Shown here in pieces: positions 30,290-39,358 of a stretch of 64,000 nucleotides of DNA; position 1 is the first letter of the stretch; every line of letters begins with the position of its first letter. The stretch comes from Acidobacteriota bacterium (GTDB taxonomy: Bacteria; Acidobacteriota; UBA6911): the NCBI GenBank assembly GCA_963664705.1, contig OY761556.1, forward strand, positions 3,648,001 to 3,712,000, written 5' to 3'. Made by a program: the position numbers and the translations under genes. The notes beneath the pieces are model-generated. The model had not been told where the DNA came from and ran no database searches. It saw nothing but the letters and a program-made list of their open reading frames with translations.

Positions 30290-30586
30290 ATGATTTTTTC
30301 AGTGGATACTTGGCTGTTGCCGGCAATTGCGGCAGGCTCATCCTCCTACCTGGTCTGCCTGGCATGGGAACGAATCAGGACAAGCACTGCACCAAGTGGC
30401 CGACTCTCTGCCTTTTTGGCTGGCCTGAGCTTTGTCATGGGAGCCATTTGCGCCTATTACAGGCATACAGTCTTTGGGCCAACCCTCGAAAGCAACGTCA
30501 TTATCATGTTTATTGTGGGCGCCAGTACAACGTATTTCTGGCTACTGCTCAGAAAGTATTTTCCCGGCTTCAAACGCAGAAGCTAG
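30290..30586 (+). CDS. Small hypothetical membrane protein (3 TM)
   Basis: 98-aa hydrophobic ORF; TGgTACAAT promoter at 30256-30264. Confidence 0.6.
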   Translation: MIFSVDTWLLPAIAAGSSSYLVCLAWERIRTSTAPSGRLSAFLAGLSFVMGAICAYYRHTVFGPTLESNVIIMFIVGASTTYFWLLLRKYFPGFKRRS

Positions 30587-30603
30587 GAGCATCCTCTTCC
30601 CAG

Positions 30604-30812
30604 CCTTAGGATGTATATATAAATGCACAGGATCGCTAACAGTGTATATTGATGGATAGTGTGGAATGGAGTGCAGAATGTGGCGCGCGGGACGCAACAT
30701 GACAGGCGGTCCCCTCACCCGTGTAATCTTAACCGAGCGCTTCTCCGCCTAACACGAACGCCCCACGCATATGCACTTGTGAATCCGATGTACATATCGT
30801 CTCACCCCAAGG
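30604..30812 (-). ncRNA. Candidate structured ncRNA (~210-nt rod-like hairpin with asymmetric central bubble)
   Basis: Nested stems 30604-13/30803-12, 30623-33/30783-95 and 30671-30776; about 10 mismatches are A-C on + and so G-U on -. Confidence 0.55.
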
Positions 30813-30925
30813 AATGTTTAGCTGTTATTTATCAGTTTCTTAACCCAATCCAATCCCGTATTGACTTGCGCATCGGGCGATACTTACAATGAAAAGTAAT
30901 ACACAGCTCGATGAAAGGATATCTT

Positions 30926-31183
30926 ATGCCGAGTGACCGTCGCAGGATATTGGAATTGGCGCTGGAATCGCTACAAAACCAGCGTAAAAGGCTGGATGAG
31001 GAAATCGCTGAGATTGCCCGTGAGATCCGGGGCGGATCCACACGCTCATCCGGAGTTGCCGTAAAAACAGCTGCTCCGGCGCGCTCCCGCAAATCATCTC
31101 GGTTTACAAAAGAGGAACGGCAGAAAAGATCCGCACGGATGAAGGCCTATTGGGACAACTGGCGGAAGAAGAAAAAACAGTAG
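30926..31183 (+). CDS. Small basic coiled-coil protein (putative nucleic-acid-binding)
   Basis: AAGGA SD; TTGACT-N18-TACAAT promoter at 30861-30890; basic C-terminal helix RSARMKAYW. Confidence 0.75.
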   Translation: MPSDRRRILELALESLQNQRKRLDEEIAEIAREIRGGSTRSSGVAVKTAAPARSRKSSRFTKEERQKRSARMKAYWDNWRKKKKQ

Positions 31184-31281
31184 ACGGATGACAGGAGACA
31201 GAATGGCAATAATTGAAGTGTATATGCGGCTATACAAATGCGCCATTCTGCCTCCTGATAAATTCAGAAGGAGGGGCATAT

Positions 31282-31878
31282 ATGTCGTTTAGTAAAGAAC
31301 AACTGTTGCCGGGAGAAAACCTGGTTATTCTTTCGCGACAACACTGGCTTGTATTGTTCCGGCCGGTACTATTGAATGTCATCATTCTGGCGGTACTCAT
31401 CGGATTGGCATATATATCCCAGCGGGCGTGGTTTCTGTTGTTCATTCTGGTCCCGTTACTCTATCTCGTTTGGGAATATCTGGCCTGGCACCGTCGGGAA
31501 TACGTTTTAACCGATCGTCGAGTTGTAAAGCAGGAAGGCGTATTCTCCACTTCCTCATTTGATGCCCCGCTGGACAAAATAAACAACGTGTTCCACAACC
31601 AGAGTTTCATGGGACGCATCTGGAAATACGGAGATGTCGGGCTGGAAACCGCGAGCGAACAGGGTACCACTGTCTTCGATTTTCTATCTCACCCGCTGGA
31701 TTTCAAGAATGAAATCGTGCGGCAAAGGGAAATGTACACTGGGAATTCCCGGCCCGGCGCAGCCCCATCCAAATCTATTCCACAACTGATCGATGAACTG
31801 GCCTCGCTTCGCGATCGCGGCATCATCACGGAATCCGAATTTCAGGTAAAGAAAAGAGCTCTCCTGGAAAAAATGTAG
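31282..31878 (+). CDS. Membrane protein with bacterial PH domain and C-terminal SHOCT
   Basis: 2 TM, YVLTDRRV...YGDV.LETA (bPH_2-like), LASLRDRGIITESEF..KK..LL (SHOCT). Confidence 0.85.
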   Translation: MSFSKEQLLPGENLVILSRQHWLVLFRPVLLNVIILAVLIGLAYISQRAWFLLFILVPLLYLVWEYLAWHRREYVLTDRRVVKQEGVFSTSSFDAPLDKINNVFHNQSFMGRIWKYGDVGLETASEQGTTVFDFLSHPLDFKNEIVRQREMYTGNSRPGAAPSKSIPQLIDELASLRDRGIITESEFQVKKRALLEKM

Positions 31879-31951
31879 CGCTATCGGGTGTTGTACTCCT
31901 GTTGCATCGGCGAGTTCATTTATCGCTGCCATTCATGATACTCTTCAGACC

Positions 31952-32518
31952 GTGAAAAGAACGTCCGTCCGGCTACTCATTCTTGCGTTGGTATTTCTCG
32001 CTGCGATCGCGGCGATGGGCGTTCAATACTACACCTCCCGATATGATGACATCATCGGCTTGACGGCAGCACGCCACGGCGTTGATTTTTATCTTGTGAA
32101 GGCGCTGATTTTCGAAGAAAGCTGGTTCCGCTCCGGAATCCGTGGCCCTGCCGGGGAGGTGGGCCTGATGCAGATCACCCCTGCCGCAGCTTCCGATTTC
32201 TCGGGATATAAAGGATTCCCGCCCCTGGAAACCGAGCGTCTTCTGGAGCCGGAGCTGAATCTGGAAATAGGCTGCTGGTATCTTCAAAAGTCGCTGGAGC
32301 ATTATAGGAATTCGCCTCACCCCGAACTCTATGCGCTTCTTCGCTACAACGCCGGGGAATCCCGAGCCGATGCATGGCTGAAACGCGCCCTGGCCGAACC
32401 TCCCGCGGCCGGCATGTCTTCGGAAAATCACTATCTCTCACTGGTCGATTTTCCCAAAACACGGGCTTATGTGCACAGAATACTCAAACGAGCCCGTTCG
32501 CATAATTTCTGGTTTTAA
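31952..32518 (+). CDS. Lytic transglycosylase (SLT domain)
   Basis: ALIFEES, GLMQI, RYNAG, KTRAYV; N-terminal TM. Confidence 0.9.
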   Translation: MKRTSVRLLILALVFLAAIAAMGVQYYTSRYDDIIGLTAARHGVDFYLVKALIFEESWFRSGIRGPAGEVGLMQITPAAASDFSGYKGFPPLETERLLEPELNLEIGCWYLQKSLEHYRNSPHPELYALLRYNAGESRADAWLKRALAEPPAAGMSSENHYLSLVDFPKTRAYVHRILKRARSHNFWF

Positions 32519-32587
32519 TAGCGTCGCTGAAGACTGTTGCATGCCAGCCGCAAAGGGTCTGCTGAAAACCGTCATCCTTTTTCAACA

Positions 32588-32616
32588 TTGACATCCCTTA
32601 TGCTCAAGCCTAGTAT
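32588..32616 (+). promoter_or_regulatory. sigma70 promoter of nadA-nadC
   Basis: TTGACA-N17-TAGTAT. Confidence 0.7.
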
Positions 32617-32678
32617 AAGTTTTTGGCCCCAAATTGGGCCAGTTTTTTAACCCCCATATATGCTCATAATGAGCATAA
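32598..32678 (+). promoter_or_regulatory. Two NadQ-like palindromic operators (32598-32618, 32658-32678)
   Basis: TATGCTC-ATAAT-GAGCATA has perfect 7-bp arms; TTATGCTC-AAGCC-TAGTATAA is a near copy 60 bp upstream. Confidence 0.7.
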
Positions 32679-32691
32679 CGAGGTTAGGCTG

Positions 32692-33735
32692 GTGGAATTA
32701 AAGAAACAAGAAGAAAACACAAGTGCAAGGACGCCGGTTTTGACTCCGGATATCCTGCAGGAAACCGCATCCATTTACGAGCGCGTGCGCCACATCATCC
32801 CCGCAATGGAGTGGCCGGTGCATGCCCCGTATGTCTCGGCCATCCTGCGGTTGAAAAACGAACGCAAAGCCGTCATCCTGGCCCATAATTATCAGACGCC
32901 GGAGATCTTTCACGGTGTTGCGGACATAACGGGAGACTCCCTGGCCCTCGCCCGCGAAGCTTCCAAAATTGATGCCGATATCATCGTCCTGTGCGGAGTT
33001 CACTTCATGGCCGAGACTGCCAAGCTGCTGAATCCGAGCAAGACGGTGTTGATCCCCGACCTTGAGGCCGGCTGTTCGCTGGCTTCATCCATTACGGCGG
33101 AAGACATACGCCTCCTTCGGCAGCAGTATCCGGGCGTCCCGGTGGTCACTTATGTAAACACCTCAGCGGCTGTTAAAGCGGAGTCGGACATCTGCTGCAC
33201 TTCTGCCAACGCCGTGCGCGTCGTAGAATCGCTGGATTCCGATCGAGTCATTTTCCTCCCGGATGAATTTCTGGGACGCTATGTTGCCTCCCAGACCAGA
33301 AAAAAGGTGATCCTGTGGAAGGGCCACTGCGAAGTCCACGAAAAATTCACCGCGCAAGATCTGCGCAGCTATCGAGAGCAATTTCCTGAAATCGTTATTC
33401 TTGCGCATCCCGAGTGTCCGCCCGATGTTCTGGCCGAGGCCGATTACGTAGGTTCTACGGCAGGCATGATCGATGAGGTAGGAATTCGCAGACCGCGCCG
33501 CGTGCTGATGGTCACCGAATGCTCAATGAGCGACAACGTCGCGGTGGAGTATCCAAACATCGAGTTTGTTCGTCCCTGTAATCTCTGCCCGCACATGAAA
33601 CTGATCACCTTGCCAAAAATTCTCGAATCCCTGCAGTCGATGAAGCACGTTGTCGAAGTGGATCCGCTGATCGCCGATCGTGCACGGCAGGCTGTGCAGC
33701 GAATGCTTGAAATTGGATCGAAACCGGTGCGCTGA
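32692..33735 (+). CDS. nadA: Quinolinate synthase
   Basis: [41 protein letters not shown]; GTG with GAGG SD downstream of operators. Confidence 0.96.
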   Translation: MELKKQEENTSARTPVLTPDILQETASIYERVRHIIPAMEWPVHAPYVSAILRLKNERKAVILAHNYQTPEIFHGVADITGDSLALAREASKIDADIIVLCGVHFMAETAKLLNPSKTVLIPDLEAGCSLASSITAEDIRLLRQQYPGVPVVTYVNTSAAVKAESDICCTSANAVRVVESLDSDRVIFLPDEFLGRYVASQTRKKVILWKGHCEVHEKFTAQDLRSYREQFPEIVILAHPECPPDVLAEADYVGSTAGMIDEVGIRRPRRVLMVTECSMSDNVAVEYPNIEFVRPCNLCPHMKLITLPKILESLQSMKHVVEVDPLIADRARQAVQRMLEIGSKPVR

Positions 33736-33737
33736 CC

Positions 33738-34628
33738 ATGACCTATAACTCTATCCCGCATCTTCTGCCTCCATACCCGATTCTATATGAAGAAACCGTT
33801 CGCCGCGCCTTGCTGGAGGATCTCGGCCGGGCCGGAGACGCAACGACAGATGCGATCGTTTCGTCAAAAGACACGGCGCTCGCTTTGATTGAAGCGCGCG
33901 GTCCCGGACGCACGGCCGGCATTCACATTGCCGAATGCGCTTTCCATTGTCTTGACGCCGGGTTGACCTTCGAAGCGCTGATTCCTGATGGTCAGGACGT
34001 TGATGCGGGATTCACGCTGGCGGTTATTCGTGGCTCGGCTCGCCCGATTCTATCAGCCGAGCGCACCGCCCTGAATTTCTTTATGCGTCTGTCCGGAATT
34101 GCCACGGTGACTCGAGATATTGTGCGACGGATTTCCGCATATTCCGCGCAGGTTGTCTGCACGCGAAAAACAACTCCGGGGCTCCGCGCTCTTGAAAAAT
34201 ACGCAGTGCGTGCCGGTGGAGGATCAAACCATCGCTTCGGACTTGATGATGCCGTTTTGATCAAAGATAACCATATCGTTGTCGCGGGGGGCATTTCAGA
34301 AGCAATTCAGCGGGTCCGCCGCCATGTCGGCCACATGGTCAAAGTTGAGGTGGAAGTCGACACACTCCAGCAATTGGATGAGGCTCTCAAGGAAAAGGTC
34401 GATGCCGTCCTGCTCGACAACATGCCGGTTGCCACACTTGCCGAAGCGGTGCGAATTACCGGCAAAAGGGCTATCACGGAAGCATCCGGCGGGGTCACAC
34501 CCCTGACAGCAGAGGCAATTGCCGCTACGGGCGTGGACCTGATTTCGATTGGATGGATTACTCACAGCGCCCCTGCATTGGATCTAGCGCTGGACTTCAA
34601 GCCGCAGGCATCGGTCAATGCCCTGTAG
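33738..34628 (+). CDS. nadC: Nicotinate-nucleotide pyrophosphorylase (carboxylating)
   Basis: ERTALN, CTRKTTPG, NHRFGL, LIKDNH, EVEVD, LLDN, EASGG. Confidence 0.97.
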   Translation: MTYNSIPHLLPPYPILYEETVRRALLEDLGRAGDATTDAIVSSKDTALALIEARGPGRTAGIHIAECAFHCLDAGLTFEALIPDGQDVDAGFTLAVIRGSARPILSAERTALNFFMRLSGIATVTRDIVRRISAYSAQVVCTRKTTPGLRALEKYAVRAGGGSNHRFGLDDAVLIKDNHIVVAGGISEAIQRVRRHVGHMVKVEVEVDTLQQLDEALKEKVDAVLLDNMPVATLAEAVRITGKRAITEASGGVTPLTAEAIAATGVDLISIGWITHSAPALDLALDFKPQASVNAL

Positions 34629-34736
34629 TTGCGGCCTCCTGGGTTGCTGCCTTCAGGAGGGTCCGACGGCTTTTCCCGAACCAAAATCGCTGTTGCCGCG
34701 TATTATTGTTCCGGAAACCAGAAAAGGAGTGTTCGG

Positions 34737-35618
34737 ATGGGAAAGAATCCGTCGCCCGTGAAAAAGCAATCCCAGGGCCTTGATTTCGTTCGCGATGTTC
34801 TCTACGCCCTCATCGCGGTACTCATTATCAACAGCTTTGTCCTGGCCTCTTTCGAAGTTCCAACCGGATCCATGGAGGACACGGTAAAGATCGGGGACCG
34901 GCTGTTCGTGAACAAATTTATCTATGGGGGCACCACACCCTACACCATTCCATTGACATCAATCCGCATCCCCCATCTTCGCGTTCCCGGATTTCGCCGG
35001 GTCAAGCAGGGAGATGTGATTGTTTTCGATTGGCCCGGCCCGAGGGACCAGGTAGAGAAACCAAGCCAGACCTGGTATCTCAAGCGCTGTATCGGCCTGC
35101 CGGGTGACGTTATCCGAATCGACGAGCGTGTTGTTACGGTAAACGGAAAGAAGACGCCTTTGCCGCCGCATGGCAAATTCCTTCGGCCGGAACCGGAACC
35201 GTCGGATTACCGCAATCCAAACATTTTCCCGAACGGAGCCAATTTTAACGCGGACAACTACGGTCCAATCACGGTCCCGCAGAAAGGAATGACGCTGGTT
35301 CTCAATGCCCAGACATTCCCCGGATGGCAAGTTTTCATCCAGAGGGAGGGGCATTCAGCGGAAATGGCGGACGGTAAGATACGGATCGACGGCAAGGAGA
35401 CATCCTACTACGTTGTTGGACGGGATTACATCTTTGCCATGGGAGACAATCGCGACAACAGCCTGGACAGCAGGTACTGGGGCTTTGTGCCGATGGAGGA
35501 TGTCATTGGAACGCCGATGATTGTTTATTGGTCGTGGGATCCGCAGATATCCATTTTCGATATTTTCAACAAAATCAGCTCCATCAATCCACGACGTATC
35601 GGCACCATCGTCCGATAG
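34737..35618 (+). CDS. lepB: Signal peptidase I
   Basis: VPTGSMEDT, YLKRCIGLPGD, MGDNRDNSLDSRYWG. Confidence 0.94.
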   Translation: MGKNPSPVKKQSQGLDFVRDVLYALIAVLIINSFVLASFEVPTGSMEDTVKIGDRLFVNKFIYGGTTPYTIPLTSIRIPHLRVPGFRRVKQGDVIVFDWPGPRDQVEKPSQTWYLKRCIGLPGDVIRIDERVVTVNGKKTPLPPHGKFLRPEPEPSDYRNPNIFPNGANFNADNYGPITVPQKGMTLVLNAQTFPGWQVFIQREGHSAEMADGKIRIDGKETSYYVVGRDYIFAMGDNRDNSLDSRYWGFVPMEDVIGTPMIVYWSWDPQISIFDIFNKISSINPRRIGTIVR

Positions 35619-35667
35619 CGCGGATTCACCGTAGCCGGGGAGCGCGTCTGCGAATCAAGACGCGCCC

Positions 35668-36123
35668 CTAGCGGCGAACGGCAAAGAAGGACCGCATGAT
35701 TTCGGCGCACTCTTCCTGCAGCACTCCGGCGGTAACCTGGAACGAATGATTCAGTGGAGCCCATTGCTCCATCTGGTATCGGGAATGAAGGGCCCCGGCT
35801 TTGGGATCCGGGGCACCATAGATTACCGCTTCGACCCTCGCCTGAATGAGCGCCCCCACACACATGATGCAAGGCTCGATGGTAACGATCAGGATGGATC
35901 CCGGGAGGCGGTAATTCATATTACTTTTGGCCGCATGGCGCAATGCAACGACTTCGGCATGAGCCGTAGGATCCTTCAGCTTAATGGGACTATTGTGCCC
36001 ACGCCCGACTATTTTTTCGTTCAGAAGCACGACCGCCCCCACGGGCACTTCTCCTGCCGCCTCCGCTTTTCGTGCTTCGGCAAGCGCTTCTCGCATCCAC
36101 ATTTCCGCCGTCGCGAGGTCCAT
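35668..36123 (-). CDS. tadA: tRNA adenosine(34) deaminase
   Basis: GEVPVGAV, DPTAHAE, TIEPCIMC, DPKAGA. Confidence 0.94.
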   Translation of the reverse strand: MDLATAEMWMREALAEARKAEAAGEVPVGAVVLLNEKIVGRGHNSPIKLKDPTAHAEVVALRHAAKSNMNYRLPGSILIVTIEPCIMCVGALIQARVEAVIYGAPDPKAGALHSRYQMEQWAPLNHSFQVTAGVLQEECAEIMRSFFAVRR

Positions 36124-36204
36124 TAGGCTCTCCTGTCTGGCTCCAACTCATTTTTCTCAGCATTAACCGGCTGAAGGAGACCGAAAACGAGTACAATGCG
36201 CGAT

Positions 36205-37176
36205 ATGAAAAAATCCGGGCTCATGGTACACAGCCTCAAACTCCTGGTAACGCTGCTGCTGCTTTCCCTCGTCTTTATATCTGTCGATATATCCAAAATC
36301 AGCCAAGACCTCAAGTCTTTTAGTGCAATATCACTCATTCTCCTGTGCCTTCTTTGCTGGGCAGGGCAACTGCTGTGCTCGGAGAGATGGAGAATCTTCG
36401 CCGCATCTTTACAGATGCAGGGAACTTATCGCAGTTTCGTCCAGGTGTATTTTGCGGGTATGTTCTTTAACATCGGGCTGCCCTCGCTGGTGGGCGGGGA
36501 CGTTATCAAGGCCTATATCATCGGGCGAAAAAATAACAAACCGCTGCAAATCGGCCTGGCATCCGTCCTCCTGGACAGGGCTTCAGGATTGATTTCGCTG
36601 CTGGTCTACGGATCCATTGCCACTGTCCTGGCTCCGATGGCCTGGAGAGGAATTCCGCTTTGGAGCGTATACGCTATATCCTGGCTGGCAATCGCTGTTG
36701 TATTATTGCTTGTCTCCAAGGGAGACCGGCTTTACCGCAGGCTCCTCGATCCCCGGAGCGGGACGCTGTTGCAGAAGGCTCTTCAGACAATCGCCGATTT
36801 TCATCAGGCATTGGCCGTGAGCACCCTGAGCCCGGGAGCGGCGCTGCGGATTGCCGTGTATTCGTTCATTTATTCGGGCCTTGTATTGTGGGTATTTCAG
36901 CAGGTAACCGTTGCAGCGAGATATAGCGTCAGTCTTATCGCCTTTTCGGCGCTCTTCCCGCTGATAGCAATCGGGACCATGCTTCCCATCACACTTGGAG
37001 GCATAGGCCTCCGGGAGTGGCTATACGTTGAAGCCCTGTCACTGGTCGGAGTACCTAGAGACCAGGGGCTTCTCATATCGCTGGCCACCTCGGCCCTTTA
37101 CCTGGTAATCAACTTTGCCGGAATTCTATTTCTGCCTACAGTCCCGATGGAACTGCGGAAGCGCGAAGAGCATTGA
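36205..37176 (+). CDS. Lysylphosphatidylglycerol synthase TM-region / flippase-like protein (UPF0104)
   Basis: RW, GMFFN.GLPS.VGGD, LPITLGGIGLRE; multiple TM. Confidence 0.85.
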   Translation: MKKSGLMVHSLKLLVTLLLLSLVFISVDISKISQDLKSFSAISLILLCLLCWAGQLLCSERWRIFAASLQMQGTYRSFVQVYFAGMFFNIGLPSLVGGDVIKAYIIGRKNNKPLQIGLASVLLDRASGLISLLVYGSIATVLAPMAWRGIPLWSVYAISWLAIAVVLLLVSKGDRLYRRLLDPRSGTLLQKALQTIADFHQALAVSTLSPGAALRIAVYSFIYSGLVLWVFQQVTVAARYSVSLIAFSALFPLIAIGTMLPITLGGIGLREWLYVEALSLVGVPRDQGLLISLATSALYLVINFAGILFLPTVPMELRKREEH

Positions 37177-37262
37177 CGTTCCGCATACTTGTGGCCTTTT
37201 CCGAGTTTTCTGCGTTCCCGGAATGATGTAAGCTAAATAGATAGTTCATCAACAGGTTCATT

Positions 37263-38786
37263 ATGGATAACTCAAGTGAAGAACGTTTGAAAATTGCAGT
37301 TTTTATCGATTTCGATAACATTGCCATTGGCGTCAAACAATCCCTCAATCGCAACTTCGATGTCGGGACAGTGTTGGAAGCCATCAAGGAAAAAGGACAG
37401 GTCATTTCCAAAATTGCGTATGGCGACTGGAAACGAGCGGAAGACTTCAGTCGAGCCATGACGCAGCACGCCGTACAGATGGTGCAGAGGAATTTGACAC
37501 CGGGAGGGGATAAAAACGGTGCGGATATCGCTCTGGCATTGGATGCGCTTGAAATGGCCTTCACCAGGGATCACATCAACGCTTATGTCATTGTCGGAGG
37601 AGACAGTGACTTCATTGCGCTGGTGGAAAAACTGAAACAGTATGACAAGACGGTATTCGTAGTTGGCGGTCGGCAGTTTACAAGCGTGATACTCCAAAAG
37701 AACTGCCATGAATTCATCTCCTATGAAAACCTCGTCGGCATACAACCTATCGCGCGTAGATCTATAGGCAAGGCGCCAATCCCGGGCACCTCTTCCCTGG
37801 AAAGCACTCTCCCGTTGATTCGCCGCGCCCTGAAAGTTTTATCCGATCGTGAAGTGTCGCCTCAACTGGGGCTCCTCAAAAGCACGCTTTTGCAGCTCGA
37901 TTCCACTTTCTCCGAAAGAGACTACGGAGTCAGCAGTTTCCGCGATTTCATCCAGAAACTCGCCGATGCCGGGTTTGTCAATTTGAAGCAGGTCGATCGC
38001 AGCCTGCTCGTCGAATTGAAGGATATAGCGGAAGAAGGAACTGAAGGGACCAAAGAAATATCGGAACCGCAGGTGGTCGTTGCCGCGGTACCGGAATCGG
38101 ATCCTGTTTCTGACACCACCGTGGCTGGGGATCAGGCTGCGCCCGCGCCGCAACCGTCCTCCACGCTATCGGGCACGGAGGCAACCGCTGCTTTGGAGGA
38201 ATTGCTGCGGGATTCAAAGGCCAAGCCCCACTGGCCGATGTACCTGCGCACCTTCAAACAGTTCCTGCGTTCTCTTCAGCCGCCGTTTGACGAAAGGCAA
38301 TATGGCTTTTCCAGCACCTACGAACTGGTCCGGCAGGCGCATAAAGACGGCTTGCTCCGCGTAGAACGTAACCGGCAGGGCATCCTGAGGATTTATCCCG
38401 CCGAACGGTTCCCGCGTACGGCTCCGGAACAACCGTCAGGCGAGGCTATGCCCGCGGAGATTCTGGAACCGATGCAGGAACTACCCATTCCGGAGGCAGA
38501 CGGCATCGAACGGAGCCACGAGCCCGTGCTGCAAACCGAGCTTCCGGAACCCTTCCTGGAGGTGCAGGCAGAAATCGCTGAGCCATCCATGGAACAGGAT
38601 GCGCCAATAGAATCGGAGTCGTCCACTGAACCCCTGTTCCCCATCCAGCAGGAACCGGTGGAAATTTTGGAAGAGGTTGCCGACGAACCCGTCCGCAAAC
38701 CCAAGCCGAAACGAACGAGAAAGCCTTCGGGAGGCAAGCCCACACGGGCTCCGAGAAAGACCCGATCCAAAGCATCCTCAAATTGA
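37263..38786 (+). CDS. NYN (PIN-like) domain protein with two OST-HTH/LOTUS domains
   Basis: AVFIDFDN, KNGADI, GGDSDF; two F.ER.YG.SS motifs; acidic/Pro-rich then basic tail. Confidence 0.9.
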   Translation: MDNSSEERLKIAVFIDFDNIAIGVKQSLNRNFDVGTVLEAIKEKGQVISKIAYGDWKRAEDFSRAMTQHAVQMVQRNLTPGGDKNGADIALALDALEMAFTRDHINAYVIVGGDSDFIALVEKLKQYDKTVFVVGGRQFTSVILQKNCHEFISYENLVGIQPIARRSIGKAPIPGTSSLESTLPLIRRALKVLSDREVSPQLGLLKSTLLQLDSTFSERDYGVSSFRDFIQKLADAGFVNLKQVDRSLLVELKDIAEEGTEGTKEISEPQVVVAAVPESDPVSDTTVAGDQAAPAPQPSSTLSGTEATAALEELLRDSKAKPHWPMYLRTFKQFLRSLQPPFDERQYGFSSTYELVRQAHKDGLLRVERNRQGILRIYPAERFPRTAPEQPSGEAMPAEILEPMQELPIPEADGIERSHEPVLQTELPEPFLEVQAEIAEPSMEQDAPIESESSTEPLFPIQQEPVEILEEVADEPVRKPKPKRTRKPSGGKPTRAPRKTRSKASSN

Positions 38787-38804
38787 TGTATACTGCGGGC
38801 ACTT

Positions 38805-38836
38805 AGGAGCATGTCCTGAAAGCTGGATATGCTCCT
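38805..38836 (+). terminator. Stem-loop after NYN gene
   Basis: AGGAGCATGTCC-N8-GGATATGCTCCT; no clear U tract. Confidence 0.45.
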
Positions 38837-38885
38837 GGGGTCTGCACCAACCGCAGACTCTTAACCACTTTGGGACGGGTGCCTC

Positions 38886-39098
38886 ATGATCTGGGAATGG
38901 ATTGCAGAAAAAGGTACAAGCCTGCTGTCATTCGTAATCGGTCTGGGACTCATTGGGATATCGTTTCTGGAGCCCCAGTATCGGTATTTTTTCCTCTGCA
39001 TTGCCCTCATCGCCTTTTGGTATGGGTACCGGCAATTGAAGAAACACGACACGCCATTTCAACGCCGAGAGCGTGAAATGAAAAGGAAGCAACTCTAG
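38886..39098 (+). CDS. Small hypothetical membrane protein (2 TM)
   Basis: 70-aa ORF, two hydrophobic helices, basic tail. Confidence 0.6.
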   Translation: MIWEWIAEKGTSLLSFVIGLGLIGISFLEPQYRYFFLCIALIAFWYGYRQLKKHDTPFQRREREMKRKQL

Positions 39099-39296
39099 CG
39101 AAGAGCAGCCACATGCTTTTTGCAGGGATTTTACTTCCAGATTCCAGATTCCAGATTTCGGATTCCAGATAAAGACCGAGGACAGGGAGCGCTGTCCGGA
39201 TAATGCCCTATATTATTTGCAAAAAGGTACCCCCGAATGGGAACCGTGGAATGCGTCAGCTTGCCGCCGGGGCAACGTCGATCCCGGTAAGCCACA

Positions 39297-39334
39297 AATA
39301 AAAAAGGGCACAGGCAACATTCTCCTGCACCCTT
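39297..39334 (-). terminator. Intrinsic terminator of TPR gene
   Basis: Minus strand AGGGTGCAGG-loop-CCTGTGCCCT followed by a T run. Confidence 0.7.
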
Positions 39335-39358
39335 ATTTATCTCGAATTTAATCGTCGC

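Noticed and set aside
30659-30892. 77-aa plus-strand ORF across the candidate RNA
   Set aside because: No SD, atypical composition, and it overlaps the promoter of the next gene; the RNA-structure signal favours the minus strand
32623-32691. Longer TTG start for nadA
   Set aside because: It would include the second operator palindrome; GTG 32692 has an SD
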